The notes: generated from the sequence alone by a model not told the origin. 64,000 nt of DNA from an uncultured candidate division Zixibacteria bacterium (GCA_963702205.1 OY969724.1:1440001-1504000); one strand, 5' to 3'; positions 22,510-34,007 are shown, numbered from the stretch's first letter. A program made the numbers and translations.

Positions 22510-22671
22510 TAATGCAACTCCTTACTTAATCGAAGCGAGCAAATATATCATAATACGAATACGCCGTCAACAGCGTTGAATGCCGTATTTTTGTTTGCTT
22601 ATGATATAAAAAGTGATTTGATTTCCTGTGGTGACAAGTACCGACAGGCCCTTTAAAGAAAGGATCTACCA

Positions 22672-23136
22672 ATGCCCCGAGCGCCGTTTCAGGTTCTGGT
22701 TTTGCCGTTTCGGGAGTCCGACGACGGTTCCATCGAATACGCCCTGTTCCATCGTAAGGATATGGATATCTGGCAGGGGATAGCCGGGGGAGGAGAGGGC
22801 GAAGAAACGCCGCTCGATGCTGCCCGGCGCGAAGCGTTCGAGGAAGCCGGAATCAATCCCGGGGCGTCGATTTATTCGCTCAAGACGCTGGCATCGGTGC
22901 CGGTCTATCATTTCGCCGAAGCGGTCAACTGGTCGGACGAGCTGTATGTCATCCCCGAAGTCTGCTTCGCGATCGACGTCGGCGAGCACGAACTAAAAAT
23001 ATCCGGTGAACACACGGATTTCAAATGGGTGTCGTTCGAGGAAGCGATGGAGATGCTTCGCTGGGAGAGCAACCAGACCGCGCTGTGGGAACTCAACGAG
23101 CGAATATTGAACGATCACTTGGTGGAAATTATATAA
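22672..23136 (+). CDS. NUDIX pyrophosphatase
   Basis: GGGEGEETPLDAARREAFEEAG Nudix box, SGEH. Confidence 0.9.
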   Translation: MPRAPFQVLVLPFRESDDGSIEYALFHRKDMDIWQGIAGGGEGEETPLDAARREAFEEAGINPGASIYSLKTLASVPVYHFAEAVNWSDELYVIPEVCFAIDVGEHELKISGEHTDFKWVSFEEAMEMLRWESNQTALWELNERILNDHLVEII

Positions 23137-23159
23137 ACCTGACTGTGGGAGGTCGAGCC

Positions 23160-23723
23160 GTGAAAAAGTATATGATTCTTCTCGCGCTGGGGGCGGTCTT
23201 TATGTTGACCGGGTGCATACCCTGCTCCATAAATCAGTTTTATTCCGAAGACAATCTGACGTTCGATCCGAACATAATTGGATCGTGGGGCGAAAATGAC
23301 ACCGAGACGACTTTTATCGAGCAGGTCGATTCGTTCACGTACCGCATCAGTCTCGAAGACGAAACCGGCCGGGCAGCGTTCGAGGGGCATTTGTTCAAGA
23401 TTAACGGCGTCCTGTTTCTGGATCTGTTCCCCGATGCCGATGAACTCCAGATGAATGAAACGTACAAAGAGCACTTGATACCGGTGCATTCGGTATACCG
23501 GGTTATAAAGACCGAGCCGGACCTTGTGATTGACACCTATGACTATGGCTGGCTGGTGGATACGATGGAAAAGCAACCGCCACCGCTGGATTTTATCGAA
23601 ACGAACGGACGCATGTTTTTCACGTCGCCGACCGAGAAGCTTCAGGAGTTTATCGCGAACAATCTCGATACGCAGGGGGCGTTTCTCGGCGATCCGATGG
23701 TTCTGCACCGGATAAGGCCGTGA
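23160..23723 (+). CDS. Hypothetical lipoprotein
   Basis: GGAGG RBS, GTG start, lipobox LTGC. Confidence 0.75.
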   Translation: MKKYMILLALGAVFMLTGCIPCSINQFYSEDNLTFDPNIIGSWGENDTETTFIEQVDSFTYRISLEDETGRAAFEGHLFKINGVLFLDLFPDADELQMNETYKEHLIPVHSVYRVIKTEPDLVIDTYDYGWLVDTMEKQPPPLDFIETNGRMFFTSPTEKLQEFIANNLDTQGAFLGDPMVLHRIRP

Positions 23724-23741
23724 TGTCGGGATAAAGATTGA

Positions 23742-23836
23742 GTTGTGTCAGGTCCTGCCCATTCTTATGGGTGTGACCTGACACAATTGAAGACCGTCAG
23801 GTCTCATCCCGATTACATCGGGAAATGACCTGACGG
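23742..23836. repeat. REP-like palindrome pair, family B (GTCAGGTC..GACCTGAC)
   Basis: Related copies at 24986-25073, 28919-29038, 34442-34488, 34696-34742, 35142-35187. Confidence 0.8.
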
Positions 23837-23845
23837 AACATTATT

Positions 23846-23934
23846 AGAAGCTTCAGGAATTTCTTGCGGCCAATCTCGATACACAAGGTGCGTTTCTCGG
23901 CGATCCGATCGTTTTGCACCGGATAAAGCGTTGA
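23846..23934 (+). pseudogene. Diverged duplicate of the 3' end of the lipoprotein gene
   Basis: 76/89 identity to 23635-23723, same stop position. Confidence 0.85.
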
Positions 23935-23947
23935 CGCGCGGCGAGTT

Positions 23948-24505
23948 TTAATCTCTCGTTCCGAATTTCAGCCAGTCGGACATGACGTTCCAATTCGATT
24001 CGTTAGGCGGCTTGGCGCAGAGATGGTCGGAGATATTGAGTTGTATTTTCCACGGTTTACTTTTTAAGGATTCCACTATAGCTGACGCCGGAAAAACGCT
24101 GTCGTCATAGCGCTTGTACGATAGTTTGTTCAGATCAAAAACGAGAGCTGTCTTTTCACCGGGTTCAAGCCTGACCGTGGTTTGAAGGGCGTTTTCAATA
24201 CTGCACCATCCGAAAAATCCTCCCTCGACAATCAGGTTAAACACCGGATTGCTGCCTTCAATGACATCGTCGGAGCGATTGGAGATCGTGGCCGCGACCG
24301 AATCCGGAAATGCCAGCGAATCGTTGCCGAAGGCAAAAAGCTCTATGTCCCAGGCTTGTCGCCACGCGCCGTAGGGTTGCGAACAAAGAGCGATAGCGGC
24401 TGAATCAAATTGTGAGTCCGAATCGTTGGCTAAGGTTGATATTGAACCGATCAATACGACCGCGAATCCAAGTGCGAGAGCGCTTAAATTGAAATTGTTT
24501 TGCAT
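23948..24505 (-). CDS. Hypothetical secreted protein
   Basis: Open frame with signal-peptide-like N-terminus; no recognised family. Confidence 0.55.
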   Translation of the reverse strand: MQNNFNLSALALGFAVVLIGSISTLANDSDSQFDSAAIALCSQPYGAWRQAWDIELFAFGNDSLAFPDSVAATISNRSDDVIEGSNPVFNLIVEGGFFGWCSIENALQTTVRLEPGEKTALVFDLNKLSYKRYDDSVFPASAIVESLKSKPWKIQLNISDHLCAKPPNESNWNVMSDWLKFGTRD

Positions 24506-24618
24506 GCCTGTTTTACAATTTTGCGAATTTATGGTTCTTGCGTGCATCAGAAAAGTTTATAAAAGTCAAGCCTCAAAGGAGGCTTGCTACAATCTCTGGG
24601 GTTGTATGTGCTCAAATT

Positions 24619-24663
24619 GTCGGGTTTCTCATTTCGCTACGCTTCATTCGGAACCCGACCTAC
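24619..24663. repeat. REP-like palindrome, family D (GTCGGGTTTC..GGAACCCGACCTAC)
   Basis: Related copies at 27744-27840, 37294-37339, 47731-47820. Confidence 0.75.
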
Positions 24664-25110
24664 TTAACTTGCAAAGCCAGCGGCAAGTATCGCAAGCATA
24701 ATGATTGTTAATAGTGTCCAATAGTTTTTCATGACCCTCCCTTTGCGATGATAGACAATGTCAGTCTATTAATGCCTGTAACCTTAAATACTTTATTGGC
24801 TTACGGCAAAATGGGTTCGAATTACAAAATTTTAAATTTTCAGTCGCCCCGTTCTGCGTGCCTGATATTTTGTCTTCCCGATTTTGCATGACCCCCATCG
24901 CATAAAATAAATTACACATACCGATAGCCTATAATAATATGGACTCGCAAATTTACCAATGGTTTTGTGGGGGGGATGATTTCAAGTTGTGTCAGGTCTT
25001 GCCCATTCTTATGGGTGTGACCTGACACATTAAAGAACCGTCAGGTCACACGCCTTCGGCGCAGGACCCGACGGAGCATCAATTTTATTGGTAAAGACGA
25101 ATTAACAAAC

Positions 25111-26521
25111 CTACGATCTATGGCCGCCGGCGCGGAGTTCTTTGAAGTACTTGCGTGTCAGCGCCGCCACCACGCCCGAAAGACCGATCACCGCCACCAG
25201 GTTCGGCACCGCCATGAAAGCATTGAGCACGTCGGCGACCGCCCAGACAATATCGATAATAAGTACAGAACCGAGCGGGATGAACAGTAAAAAGAACCAG
25301 CGATAGTAAATGACCCGCTTGCGGTCGAAAATATATTCGAACCCTTTTTCACCGTAGTACGACCAGCTGATTATAGTCGAATAGGCGAACAGGACCAGCC
25401 CGACCGAAACCATATTTGCACCCCACGACGGTATAATCGACTCGAACGCCGCCGCCGTCAGGGGAGTGCCGTTGAGCGGAAGGCCGTCGGGTCCGAGCTG
25501 CATCCACTGGCCCGAGACGATAATCACCAGCCCGGTCATGCTGCAGATGACAATCGTATCGATAAAGGGACCGATCATCGCTACTAACCCCTCGCGCACC
25601 GGTTCGTTGACTTTGGCTGCGGCGTGGGCCATCGGGGCCGATCCGAGGCCGGATTCGTTGGAGAACAGACCGCGCCGGGCACCCTGCTGGAGCGTGATCC
25701 ACACGGTCGACCCGGCAAATCCTCCGGCAGCGCCGGCAGGAGTGAACGCCCGCTCGAATATCAGTCCGAGAGCCGGAAGAATGTGATCGTACGATAAAGC
25801 CAGTACCGATGATAGCGGTCAGAACGTATATGGCCGACATGAGCGGCACCAGCTTACTGGCGACCTGGCCAATACGCTTGATGCCGCCGATAATGACCAG
25901 CCCGACCAGCACCGCCATCACCAGACCGATGCCGAGCCGTAAATATATTTCATTGGCCGTGCCTTTGGCTCCGAACAGGGTCGCGAGTCCGTCGGCGACC
26001 GAATTGGCCTGCACCATGTTGCCGATTCCGAGAGCCGTGACGGCCGTACATCCGGCAAACACCGCCGCCAGCCATTTCCAGTTCTTGCCCAGACCCAGTT
26101 CGATAAAATACATCGGCCCGCCCCGGACGTAACCGTCGGGGTCGATCTTGCGGTACATCACCGCCAGCGTGCACGAAGTATATTTTATGGCCATACCGAA
26201 TACGGCCGTGACCCACATCCAGAACATCGCACCCGGCCCGCCGACGGCGATGGCGGTCGCCACCCCGGTGATGTTGCCGGTGCCGATTGTGGCCGACAGT
26301 GCCGCCGACAGCGCCTGAAAATGGGTAATAGCGCCTTCGAATTCGGGTTTATCGTATTTTCCTGAGACGAGTTCGAAGCTGTGTTTGAAGCCGCGAAACT
26401 GGACGAAAACATGGCGAAGCGTGACCAGAATTCCGGTGCCGAACAAAATGGCGACAAGGGGAACGCCCCAGACAAAATCCTGAATCGGCGAAATGATATT
26501 CAGAAGTTGCTCCATTTGCAT
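25111..26521 (-). CDS. Alanine/glycine:cation symporter (AGCS/AlsT family), apparent 1-bp frameshift near 25806
   Basis: TIGTGNI, GGPGAMFWMW, GGPMY in one frame; RGLFSNESGLGS, FIDTIVIC in the next. Confidence 0.88.
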
Positions 26522-26533
26522 TTAGTTAATATT

Positions 26534-26854
26534 ATGAATCAACTAACGCAACAAAAAAGTGCCGTTATGGAAAGTGACGATTTACGAAGATTTTTTGCGG
26601 AGCTTCTGCGCGACCACGGGTATATCCCGACGTCGGCTATGCAGACGATGGGCAAACTTATCAAGTTGACCGTGGAATTTCGCGACCGGTGGGTTCTTGA
26701 GCACGGGGAGACTCTGACGGTCGGGGAAACCCGGGCCGCTATTGAAATATACCTGAAAATCCTCAAGACGGACCGCTACCCGGAGAAGATCGAGCCCAAA
26801 CTCGACGGTTTAATCCGGTTGTGGTTGAAAGAGATCAACGGGAAGGCTTATTGA
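26534..26854 (+). CDS. Small hypothetical protein
   Basis: Open frame upstream of pcm; start may be 26567. Confidence 0.55.
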   Translation: MNQLTQQKSAVMESDDLRRFFAELLRDHGYIPTSAMQTMGKLIKLTVEFRDRWVLEHGETLTVGETRAAIEIYLKILKTDRYPEKIEPKLDGLIRLWLKEINGKAY

Positions 26855-26874
26855 TCGTGATGGGAGGAGTGGCT

Positions 26875-27615
26875 ATGTCAAACGATTTTAATCTGTTGTC
26901 AAAGAGGGCGGTATTATATTTTATGGGTATGATTTTCCTGTTTTCATGTTCCGGACAAAGCGAGACCGATTCATCGAAGGAAGAACAATATGCGGCGCGA
27001 AGACAAACCATGGTCGATATGCAGCTGGCCCGCCGTGACGTCACCGACCGCGACGTGCTCGACGCGATGCGGACGGTGCCGCGCCACCTGTTTGTGCCGG
27101 AGAAATACCGCGAGGAAGCCTACCGGGATCATCCGGTACCGATAGGCGAGGGCCAGACCATCTCGCAGCCGTATATTGTCGGGATCATGACGCAGCTTCT
27201 GGATATAAATTCGACTTCGAAAGTTCTTGAAATCGGCACCGGGTCCGGCTATCAGGCGGCGGTTCTGGCCGAGATTTGTGATTCGGTCTTTTCCATGGAA
27301 ATTATCGAGCCGCTGGCGAAGCGCGCCCAATTCCTGCTCGATTCGGTGGGGTATAAGGTCGACGTGCGCTTCGGCGACGGTTACAAAGGCTGGGATGAAC
27401 ATGCGCCGTACGACGGCATAGTCGTCACGGCGGCGGCTCCGAAAGTGCCGCAGCCGTTGATTGACCAGCTTAAAATTGGCGGACGGTTGGTTATACCCGT
27501 GGGCGATTTCAGTCAGGATTTGATGGTCATTACCAAAACCGAGGACGGGATTGCCAAAAAGAGCGTATTCCCGGTGCGGTTTGTGCCTATGACCGGCGAG
27601 GTTCAGAAGAAATGA
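26875..27615 (+). CDS. pcm: Protein-L-isoaspartate O-methyltransferase
   Basis: VPRHLFV, GQTISQPY, LEIGTGSGYQAA, VRFVPM. Confidence 0.95.
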   Translation: MSNDFNLLSKRAVLYFMGMIFLFSCSGQSETDSSKEEQYAARRQTMVDMQLARRDVTDRDVLDAMRTVPRHLFVPEKYREEAYRDHPVPIGEGQTISQPYIVGIMTQLLDINSTSKVLEIGTGSGYQAAVLAEICDSVFSMEIIEPLAKRAQFLLDSVGYKVDVRFGDGYKGWDEHAPYDGIVVTAAAPKVPQPLIDQLKIGGRLVIPVGDFSQDLMVITKTEDGIAKKSVFPVRFVPMTGEVQKK

Positions 27616-27892
27616 GGAACATATGGCGGCCCGGATCATTTAAGCATATTGACTTATAAAGGCAACAAGCATAGTTTTGTGGTGAGAAAGCAGAATGTGT
27701 TTAATGAATTATCGGATAGATGAAAATCTGGTATACAATTCAATGTCGGGTTTCTCTCCCGACTTCGTCGGGATCGGAACCCGACCTACTGGCGCTTCGC
27801 TCGCAACCCGACCTACTGGAGCTTCGCTCGGAACTCTACCTAATTCAATAAATTTGGATAATCATGGAGTAATATAAACAAGGAGTTTCAAT

Positions 27893-28816
27893 ATGCCTTT
27901 GGTTTCACTGATTGATATGTACAAACCGGCCAATGAAAAGCACTATGCCATCGGCCAGTTCAATGTCAATAACATGGAATTCGTCCAGTCGGCGCTGGAA
28001 GCCGCCGCAGAACTCAAATCGCCGGTGATCCTGGCCGCGTCGACGTCGGCTTTGAAGTACGGCAGTTTCAATTACCTGGTCGATATCGTCAAGACCGGGG
28101 CGGCGATGGTATCGGTGCCGGTCACGTTGCACCTCGACCACGGCGAAAAAATAGAGGACGCCGAGAAGTGCATCAACGCCGGGTTCACGTCGGTTATGAT
28201 CGACGCCTCCAAGGAGTCGTTCGAGGAAAATATCCGCATCACGCAGGAAGTGATTAAAATGGCGCATCCGAAACATATCGCGGTCGAAGCCGAACTGGGT
28301 CGGCTGGGCGGTATCGAGGATGACGTCAATGTCAGCGAGCGCGATGCCTTTCTAACCGATCCCAGGCAGGCCGAGGAATTTGTCGCCAAAACCAAATGCG
28401 ATGCTCTGGCAGTGGCGGTAGGCACTTCACATGGTGCATACAAATTCAAAGGCGAAGCCAAGCTGGCGATGGATCGCATTGAGATCATCAAGAAAAAGGT
28501 CGGGATACCGTTGGTGCTTCACGGAGCCAGCGGGGTCAATCCGGAGACAGTCGCCAAGGCCGAAAAGTATGGAGCCAAACTGCCCGGCGCCAAAGGCGTC
28601 CCCGATGAAGCGTATATCGAGGCGATCAAGCTCGGCATAAACAAAATCAATATCGATACCGATTTGCGGCTCACCTGGCTGGCGGCGGTGCGGGAAGTGC
28701 TGAACACTAAACCGGAAGTTTTCGACCCGCGCAAAATTCTCGGCCCTGCCCGCGATGCCGTCAGGGAAGTGGTTAAAAACAAAATGAAATTGATCGGGTC
28801 GGTCAATCAGGCGTAA
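27893..28816 (+). CDS. fba: Class II fructose-1,6-bisphosphate aldolase
   Basis: LHLDHG, SVMIDAS, EAELG, GTSHGAYK, LVLHGAS, KINIDTD. Confidence 0.95.
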   Translation: MPLVSLIDMYKPANEKHYAIGQFNVNNMEFVQSALEAAAELKSPVILAASTSALKYGSFNYLVDIVKTGAAMVSVPVTLHLDHGEKIEDAEKCINAGFTSVMIDASKESFEENIRITQEVIKMAHPKHIAVEAELGRLGGIEDDVNVSERDAFLTDPRQAEEFVAKTKCDALAVAVGTSHGAYKFKGEAKLAMDRIEIIKKKVGIPLVLHGASGVNPETVAKAEKYGAKLPGAKGVPDEAYIEAIKLGINKINIDTDLRLTWLAAVREVLNTKPEVFDPRKILGPARDAVREVVKNKMKLIGSVNQA

Positions 28817-28850
28817 TTTCGGCTTTGGGTTACAATAGTTTCAGCTAAAT

Positions 28851-28880
28851 AAAAAAAGCCCCGCTTCAACGGGGCTTTCT
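28851..28880. terminator. Bidirectional intrinsic terminator (near-duplicate at 29078-29107)
   Basis: AAAAAAAGCCCCG-loop-CGGGGCTTT. Confidence 0.75.
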
Positions 28881-29126
28881 TATTCGTGCATATCATCCAA
28901 TAAAAGCTTGAAACTCGTTCTGTCAGGTCCTGCGTCCCGATTCATCGGGACGTGAGACCTGACAGTCTTACAACCAAGTGAAGCTAAAGGGTCCGTCAGG
29001 TGCCAATCCGGACTCCGTGGGGATCAGCACCTGCCGGAACATATTTAACGCACTCTTTGATTATTTTCATTTTGGATAAAAAAAGCCCCGCTTCTACGGG
29101 GCTTTTCTATTTGGGATATTCGATTA

Positions 29127-31301
29127 CTATAAAAGTTTTATGGCGCTTGTGGCTGACTTGCTTAAATCATCGTTTAAGCCCAGATCGATTGCCTTGGTAA
29201 GGTATTTGCGAGCCTGATCCTTCTTTTTGGCATTGATATAATTCATCCCGGCGTAATAGTACAGCTCGGCATTGTCGGGGCTGGCTTGCAGGGCCCGGTC
29301 GAATGACGCGGTCGCGCCCCCGTAATCCTTCATGGCGTTCTGAGCCCGTCCGAGAAGCCCCAAATATACGGGGTTCTTCGGTTGGACTTCAACCGCCCTG
29401 ATGGCATAATTCTGCGCCTGCTGGAGGTTTTCGCCCTTGCTCAAGTTAATCAACGCCAGCTTGTAAAGCGCTTCCGAAACGAACTCATTGTATTTCAGGA
29501 GACGCCTATAAATGGCGGTCGACGAATCGGGCATATTTTCGCTTTCGAACAAACCGGCTTTCACCAATTGCGCCTTGACGTTCATCGAATCGAGGGCAAG
29601 AGCGTCGGCCGCTGCTTTTTTGGCATCGTCAGCTTTGTTTTCGGTACTATAATACTCGGCCACGTCGGCGTGCGCTTCGGGATTGTCCGGATTATTGGCC
29701 AGTTCTTTATCGAATATTTCTTTGACCACGTCCGGTTTGCCATTGGCTTTGGCAGCCTTCGCGGCGAAGCGGTAGCGTTCGGTGGCACCGGGTCCGTCGT
29801 CGATAAGTGTTTGTGCGAAAGCAAGAGCGTCATCATAGCGACCGAGGGCCATCAGGTAATTGAATTTTTTGAGGGCGACCGGGCGATATAATGATATCGC
29901 CGGGTTTTGACCGGACAGAAATTGCAGCGCCTTCTCGGGGCTTTTCATTCGATCGAAAATGTCCAGCATACCCATAATGGCGCCATACTGGAATTTGTCG
30001 GTTTCAAGCACCGTCTCATAATGCCCTTTAGCGCGGTCGAGTGAATCCAGGCGTCGGAAAATATCAGCCGCATCCAGTTGAGCCACGGCATTATCGCTCG
30101 CGAATTTCTCGAAGCCGTTCAGCATCGTCGCGGCATTCGCTTCGTCGGCCATAAAGCCGTAGTACAATGTAGCCACTCGCATGGCCCGATAATCTTCCGG
30201 CGGATCGTCGAGGATTTCTTTTATCAAAGCCGAGGCACTGACACCGTTGCCGGCATTGAATTCCTGCTCGGCGCGGTCCATATCGAACGCGACCATATCA
30301 ATATTGCTGTACTTCTGAGAACTCGCCAGAGCCATCGCCTGATCGTAATGAGCCGAGGCTATCTCATCCTGACGAAGCTTGATACGCAAGTGAGCCAGGT
30401 CGACCAGCGCGGTGGGTACGCCCGCGAAAAGGCGATAGGAATCGATATAAAACATAAAAGCGCTGAACGGCTTGCCCATTTCTTCATACATCATCTTGGC
30501 CGCCCGGAACTTACGATAGGACGGGGATTTGAACCCGGCCAGATCGTCGATCATGCGGCGGGCGTCATCGAAGTAACCGATTTCCGAAAAACCATCGGCC
30601 GCTCCGGCCTTAATGTAATAATTCTTGTTGCCTTTTTCCACAGCCTGACGGTAAAAGGCCGCCGAGGAATCGGCCAGGCCGAGTCGGGCATATAACCCGC
30701 CGACGCTTAAAAGAAGGCTGTCGCTGGTTTTTGAATCGAGGGCCTTATGACAGAACACGCGCGCCGAATCGGGAAAGCCCTTGTTCAGATAATATTCGGC
30801 CTGCATCATCAGGAGGTCGGGATTACCGGAATTATGATCGAGGGCATTATTTATGGCGCTTAAGGCGTCGTCGTTTTTCCCTGAAGCCAGCATGACCAGA
30901 GCATAGGTCGACGCGGCCCCGGGATCGAAGGCATCAAGTTTGAAAGCCCGGTCGGCTGTCGCCCAGGCCACCTGAGGGCGGTCCTGTTTCAGGGCCAGCC
31001 GCGAAAAAGCGGTCAAGGCCGGAATATAGTCGGCCGTATCCTTGAGAATCGTCTGATAGGTGTGCGCGGCGTCAATATCATAGCCCTCGCATTCCTGATA
31101 GGCGGCCAGTCCCATTTTACCCCAGAAAGAATCGGGCGAATCCTTTTCCAGTTTGGTGAAAGTCCCGGAAGCCGCTTTCGGATCACCCGCGCGCAGCTGG
31201 GCCAGCCCCTTTTTGTAGGCGCTCGGGCCGGGGCCGGACTGCGAGCAACCAACGACAATCACGCCCAAAAAAGTCACAAGTGCAATAGTATAGCGTTTCA
31301 T
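29127..31301 (-). CDS. TPR-repeat lipoprotein
   Basis: Lipobox VVGC; many Ala-rich helical repeats ending in P.N. Confidence 0.8.
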   Translation of the reverse strand: MKRYTIALVTFLGVIVVGCSQSGPGPSAYKKGLAQLRAGDPKAASGTFTKLEKDSPDSFWGKMGLAAYQECEGYDIDAAHTYQTILKDTADYIPALTAFSRLALKQDRPQVAWATADRAFKLDAFDPGAASTYALVMLASGKNDDALSAINNALDHNSGNPDLLMMQAEYYLNKGFPDSARVFCHKALDSKTSDSLLLSVGGLYARLGLADSSAAFYRQAVEKGNKNYYIKAGAADGFSEIGYFDDARRMIDDLAGFKSPSYRKFRAAKMMYEEMGKPFSAFMFYIDSYRLFAGVPTALVDLAHLRIKLRQDEIASAHYDQAMALASSQKYSNIDMVAFDMDRAEQEFNAGNGVSASALIKEILDDPPEDYRAMRVATLYYGFMADEANAATMLNGFEKFASDNAVAQLDAADIFRRLDSLDRAKGHYETVLETDKFQYGAIMGMLDIFDRMKSPEKALQFLSGQNPAISLYRPVALKKFNYLMALGRYDDALAFAQTLIDDGPGATERYRFAAKAAKANGKPDVVKEIFDKELANNPDNPEAHADVAEYYSTENKADDAKKAAADALALDSMNVKAQLVKAGLFESENMPDSSTAIYRRLLKYNEFVSEALYKLALINLSKGENLQQAQNYAIRAVEVQPKNPVYLGLLGRAQNAMKDYGGATASFDRALQASPDNAELYYYAGMNYINAKKKDQARKYLTKAIDLGLNDDLSKSATSAIKLL

Positions 31302-31438
31302 AGGTTATCCTTAAATTCACGAATTTTATGGTTTCATGGCTTTCAATAATAAAATAATCAACCCGGTTTAGCAAATATTATGCTTAAATCGCAATTTTAA
31401 ATTTGGATTTTTGCATTATTCTTGCATATTATACTTAT

Positions 31439-32170
31439 ATGAAGACCAGTCAGCTTAGTTCGGTTGACCTCGTTAAGAAATACCGCAAGCGGGCTGTCGT
31501 CAATGGTGTATCCATAGAAGTCAACCCGGGCGAGGTGGTCGGTCTTTTGGGGCCTAATGGGGCCGGCAAAACAACCACGTTTTACATGATTATAGGCTTT
31601 ATCCGCCCCAATTCCGGAAATGTCTTTATCGGAGAGAAAAAAATTACGGGGCTGCCGATGTATCGTCGGGCCCGCATGGGTATTGGCTATCTGGCCCAGG
31701 AGACATCGGTTTTTCGCAAGATGACCGTGGAGCAGAACCTGATGGCGATACTTCAGATGCAGTCGATGCCTCGCAAGGCACGCAAAGAAAAACTGGAGCA
31801 GCTTCTTAACGACCTGGATATCAAACACTTACGGAAACAGAAGGCATATTCTCTGTCCGGTGGAGAGAGACGACGGGTCGAAATATCGCGCGCGCTCACG
31901 GCCGATCCGAGCTATATCCTGCTGGATGAGCCGTTTGCCGGGATCGATCCGATCGCGGTTGAAGACATCCAGGGTATCATCGCGGGGTTGACCAAACAGG
32001 GGCTGGGCGTGCTGATAACCGATCACAACGTCCGCGAGACGCTGTCGATATGTGATCGTGCGTATATTATGTGTGACGGAAAAATTCTCAAAGCCGGGAC
32101 ATCGCAGTTTCTGGCCGAGGACCCGGAAGCGAGGAAAATATACCTCGGAGAAAAGTTTAAACTGAACTAA
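31439..32170 (+). CDS. lptB: LPS export ABC transporter ATP-binding protein
   Basis: [43 protein letters not shown]; upstream of rpoN. Confidence 0.95.
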   Translation: MKTSQLSSVDLVKKYRKRAVVNGVSIEVNPGEVVGLLGPNGAGKTTTFYMIIGFIRPNSGNVFIGEKKITGLPMYRRARMGIGYLAQETSVFRKMTVEQNLMAILQMQSMPRKARKEKLEQLLNDLDIKHLRKQKAYSLSGGERRRVEISRALTADPSYILLDEPFAGIDPIAVEDIQGIIAGLTKQGLGVLITDHNVRETLSICDRAYIMCDGKILKAGTSQFLAEDPEARKIYLGEKFKLN

Positions 32171-32313
32171 AGGCAATTTTGTGAACAGTTTCCGGCGTAT
32201 GCCGGACAAAAAAGGGTCGTGGATAAAAGTGCGGTAAATTCGATGCCTGACCGCTCCGATAAGTACTAACATGGAACGGTGAGACGGCTTAATTCGCACT
32301 TATGAGGTAATAA

Positions 32314-33728
32314 ATGAAGTTAGGTTTACAGCTCAGGCTCAAACAGACTCTGGCACCGCAGCTGATTCAGTCGCTGAAAATGCTCCAGATGCCGATATTG
32401 CAGCTGGAACAGACGCTTCGCCACGAACTTCAGATAAATCCGCTCCTCGAAGAGGTCGATCCGGCTCTGGAGACAAACGACCAGCTCGAGGGCGACGTCG
32501 AAATAGACCTCAAGGAAAACGACAAAGAAATCGACCCGCGTTTCGAAAAAATAGACTGGGAAAGCTATTTCTCGGACGAACTCGATGATACCTACCGGTC
32601 GGTCAATACTTATGAAAGTCCGTCGGAGACCTACGAAAAGTCTCCCGTCATGCAGAAGACTCTCTACGATCACCTGTTCGAGCAGTTGATGTATTTGAAA
32701 CTGTCTGAAGAAGAGCAGTTGATCGGTGAATACATCATCGGGAATATCTCGTCGCGCGGATACCTGGTGGTATCTCCGGAGGAGATGGCCGCCGAACTGA
32801 AACTGCCGATCGAAAAAATCAGCGGTGTGATCGACAAGATCAAGCGGTTCGACCCGCCCGGAGTGGCCTCCCGCGACCTGCGCGAATCACTCCTGCTGCA
32901 GCTCGAAGAAAAAGGATACAAAGACTCGATCGCCTATCGAATAGTCGATAAGTACATAAACGTCCTCGACCGCAAATCCATTCTTCAGATTTCACGCCTG
33001 ATGGGCATCCCGTTCGAAAAGGCCCAGCAGGCGATGGATTTGATCAAAACCCTGTCGCCGACGCCGTCGCACGGGCGGTTCGAATCGGGTGCGGCCCCGA
33101 TCATGCCCGATTTGATCGTGGAAAAAGTCGGCGAGGGGTATGTCATTCTCCACAACGACCGCTCGGCTCCCCGTCTGCGCATCAATCCCAACTATCGCCA
33201 GTTGATTCGCAAGAGTGAAGGCGCCAGCAACGACACCAAGAAGTACGTCCGCGAAAAGCTGGAGCAGGCGCGCTGGCTGTTGAATTCGATCAATCAGCGC
33301 CGCTCGACCATGATTCGTGTCATGGAGGCGATTGTCGAGGAGCAGCATGAATTTTTCGAGAAAGGGGCCGCCTTTTTGAAACCGCTCATAATGGAAGACA
33401 TCGCCCGCAAGGTCGAGATGAATGTCGCCACCATCAGCCGCGTCTCCAACGGGAAATATGTCCAGACCCCGCAGGGGGTGTACGAGATCAAGTATTTCTT
33501 CAACGCCGGCATCGCCAACGAGGACGGGGGGAGACGTCGAAAAGGCACGTCAAGAACCGGATCGAGGAAATTATCAAGGCCGAGGACCCGCAAAAACCGC
33601 TGTCTGACCAGGAAATATACCGCCGCCTGCAGGAAGAAGGCATCAAGCTGGCGCGGCGGACGGTTACCAAATACCGCGAGGAACTGAAAATTCTTCCCGC
33701 CCGCTTCCGCAAGCGCGTCGGGAATTAG
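32314..33728 (+). CDS. rpoN: RNA polymerase sigma-54 factor, apparent frameshift in G run 33526-33531
   Basis: Q/L-rich region I; shifted frame gives KPLSDQEI..ARRTVTKYREEL (RpoN box) ending at TAG 33728. Confidence 0.93.
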
Positions 33729-34007
33729 ATTATATTTATGAAGTGTCGGAATTTGATAGGACTTGCCCGGCATACGAATTACATAGGAGGGATATATATT
33801 TTCGATGGATCGACCGGTTACCCCGTTTTTGCGGCATTTCCCAAATGCGAAATCTTTAAAATGTATCTCGGGTTTAATCTATTCGAACCTTTACGAACGG
33901 TAACAGGTTTAAGGAAATAAGAAGAGCCTTGAAAGGCAGGGGCGTGCGAGCCTTCTGTCGTTTTAAGGCAACCGGACAATATCGGATATCTGAAAGGAGT
34001 TGACCGT

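Noticed and set aside
23635..23934. Possible DGR template/variable repeat pair (also 46900-47487)
   Set aside because: Mismatches are not adenine-restricted, many are synonymous, and no reverse transcriptase is present
18240..24550. Integron cassette array
   Set aside because: Mixed gene orientations, no convincing attC sites and no integrase
31363..31390. dif-like site (TTATGCTTAAAT)
   Set aside because: Poor XerD arm and no XerC arm
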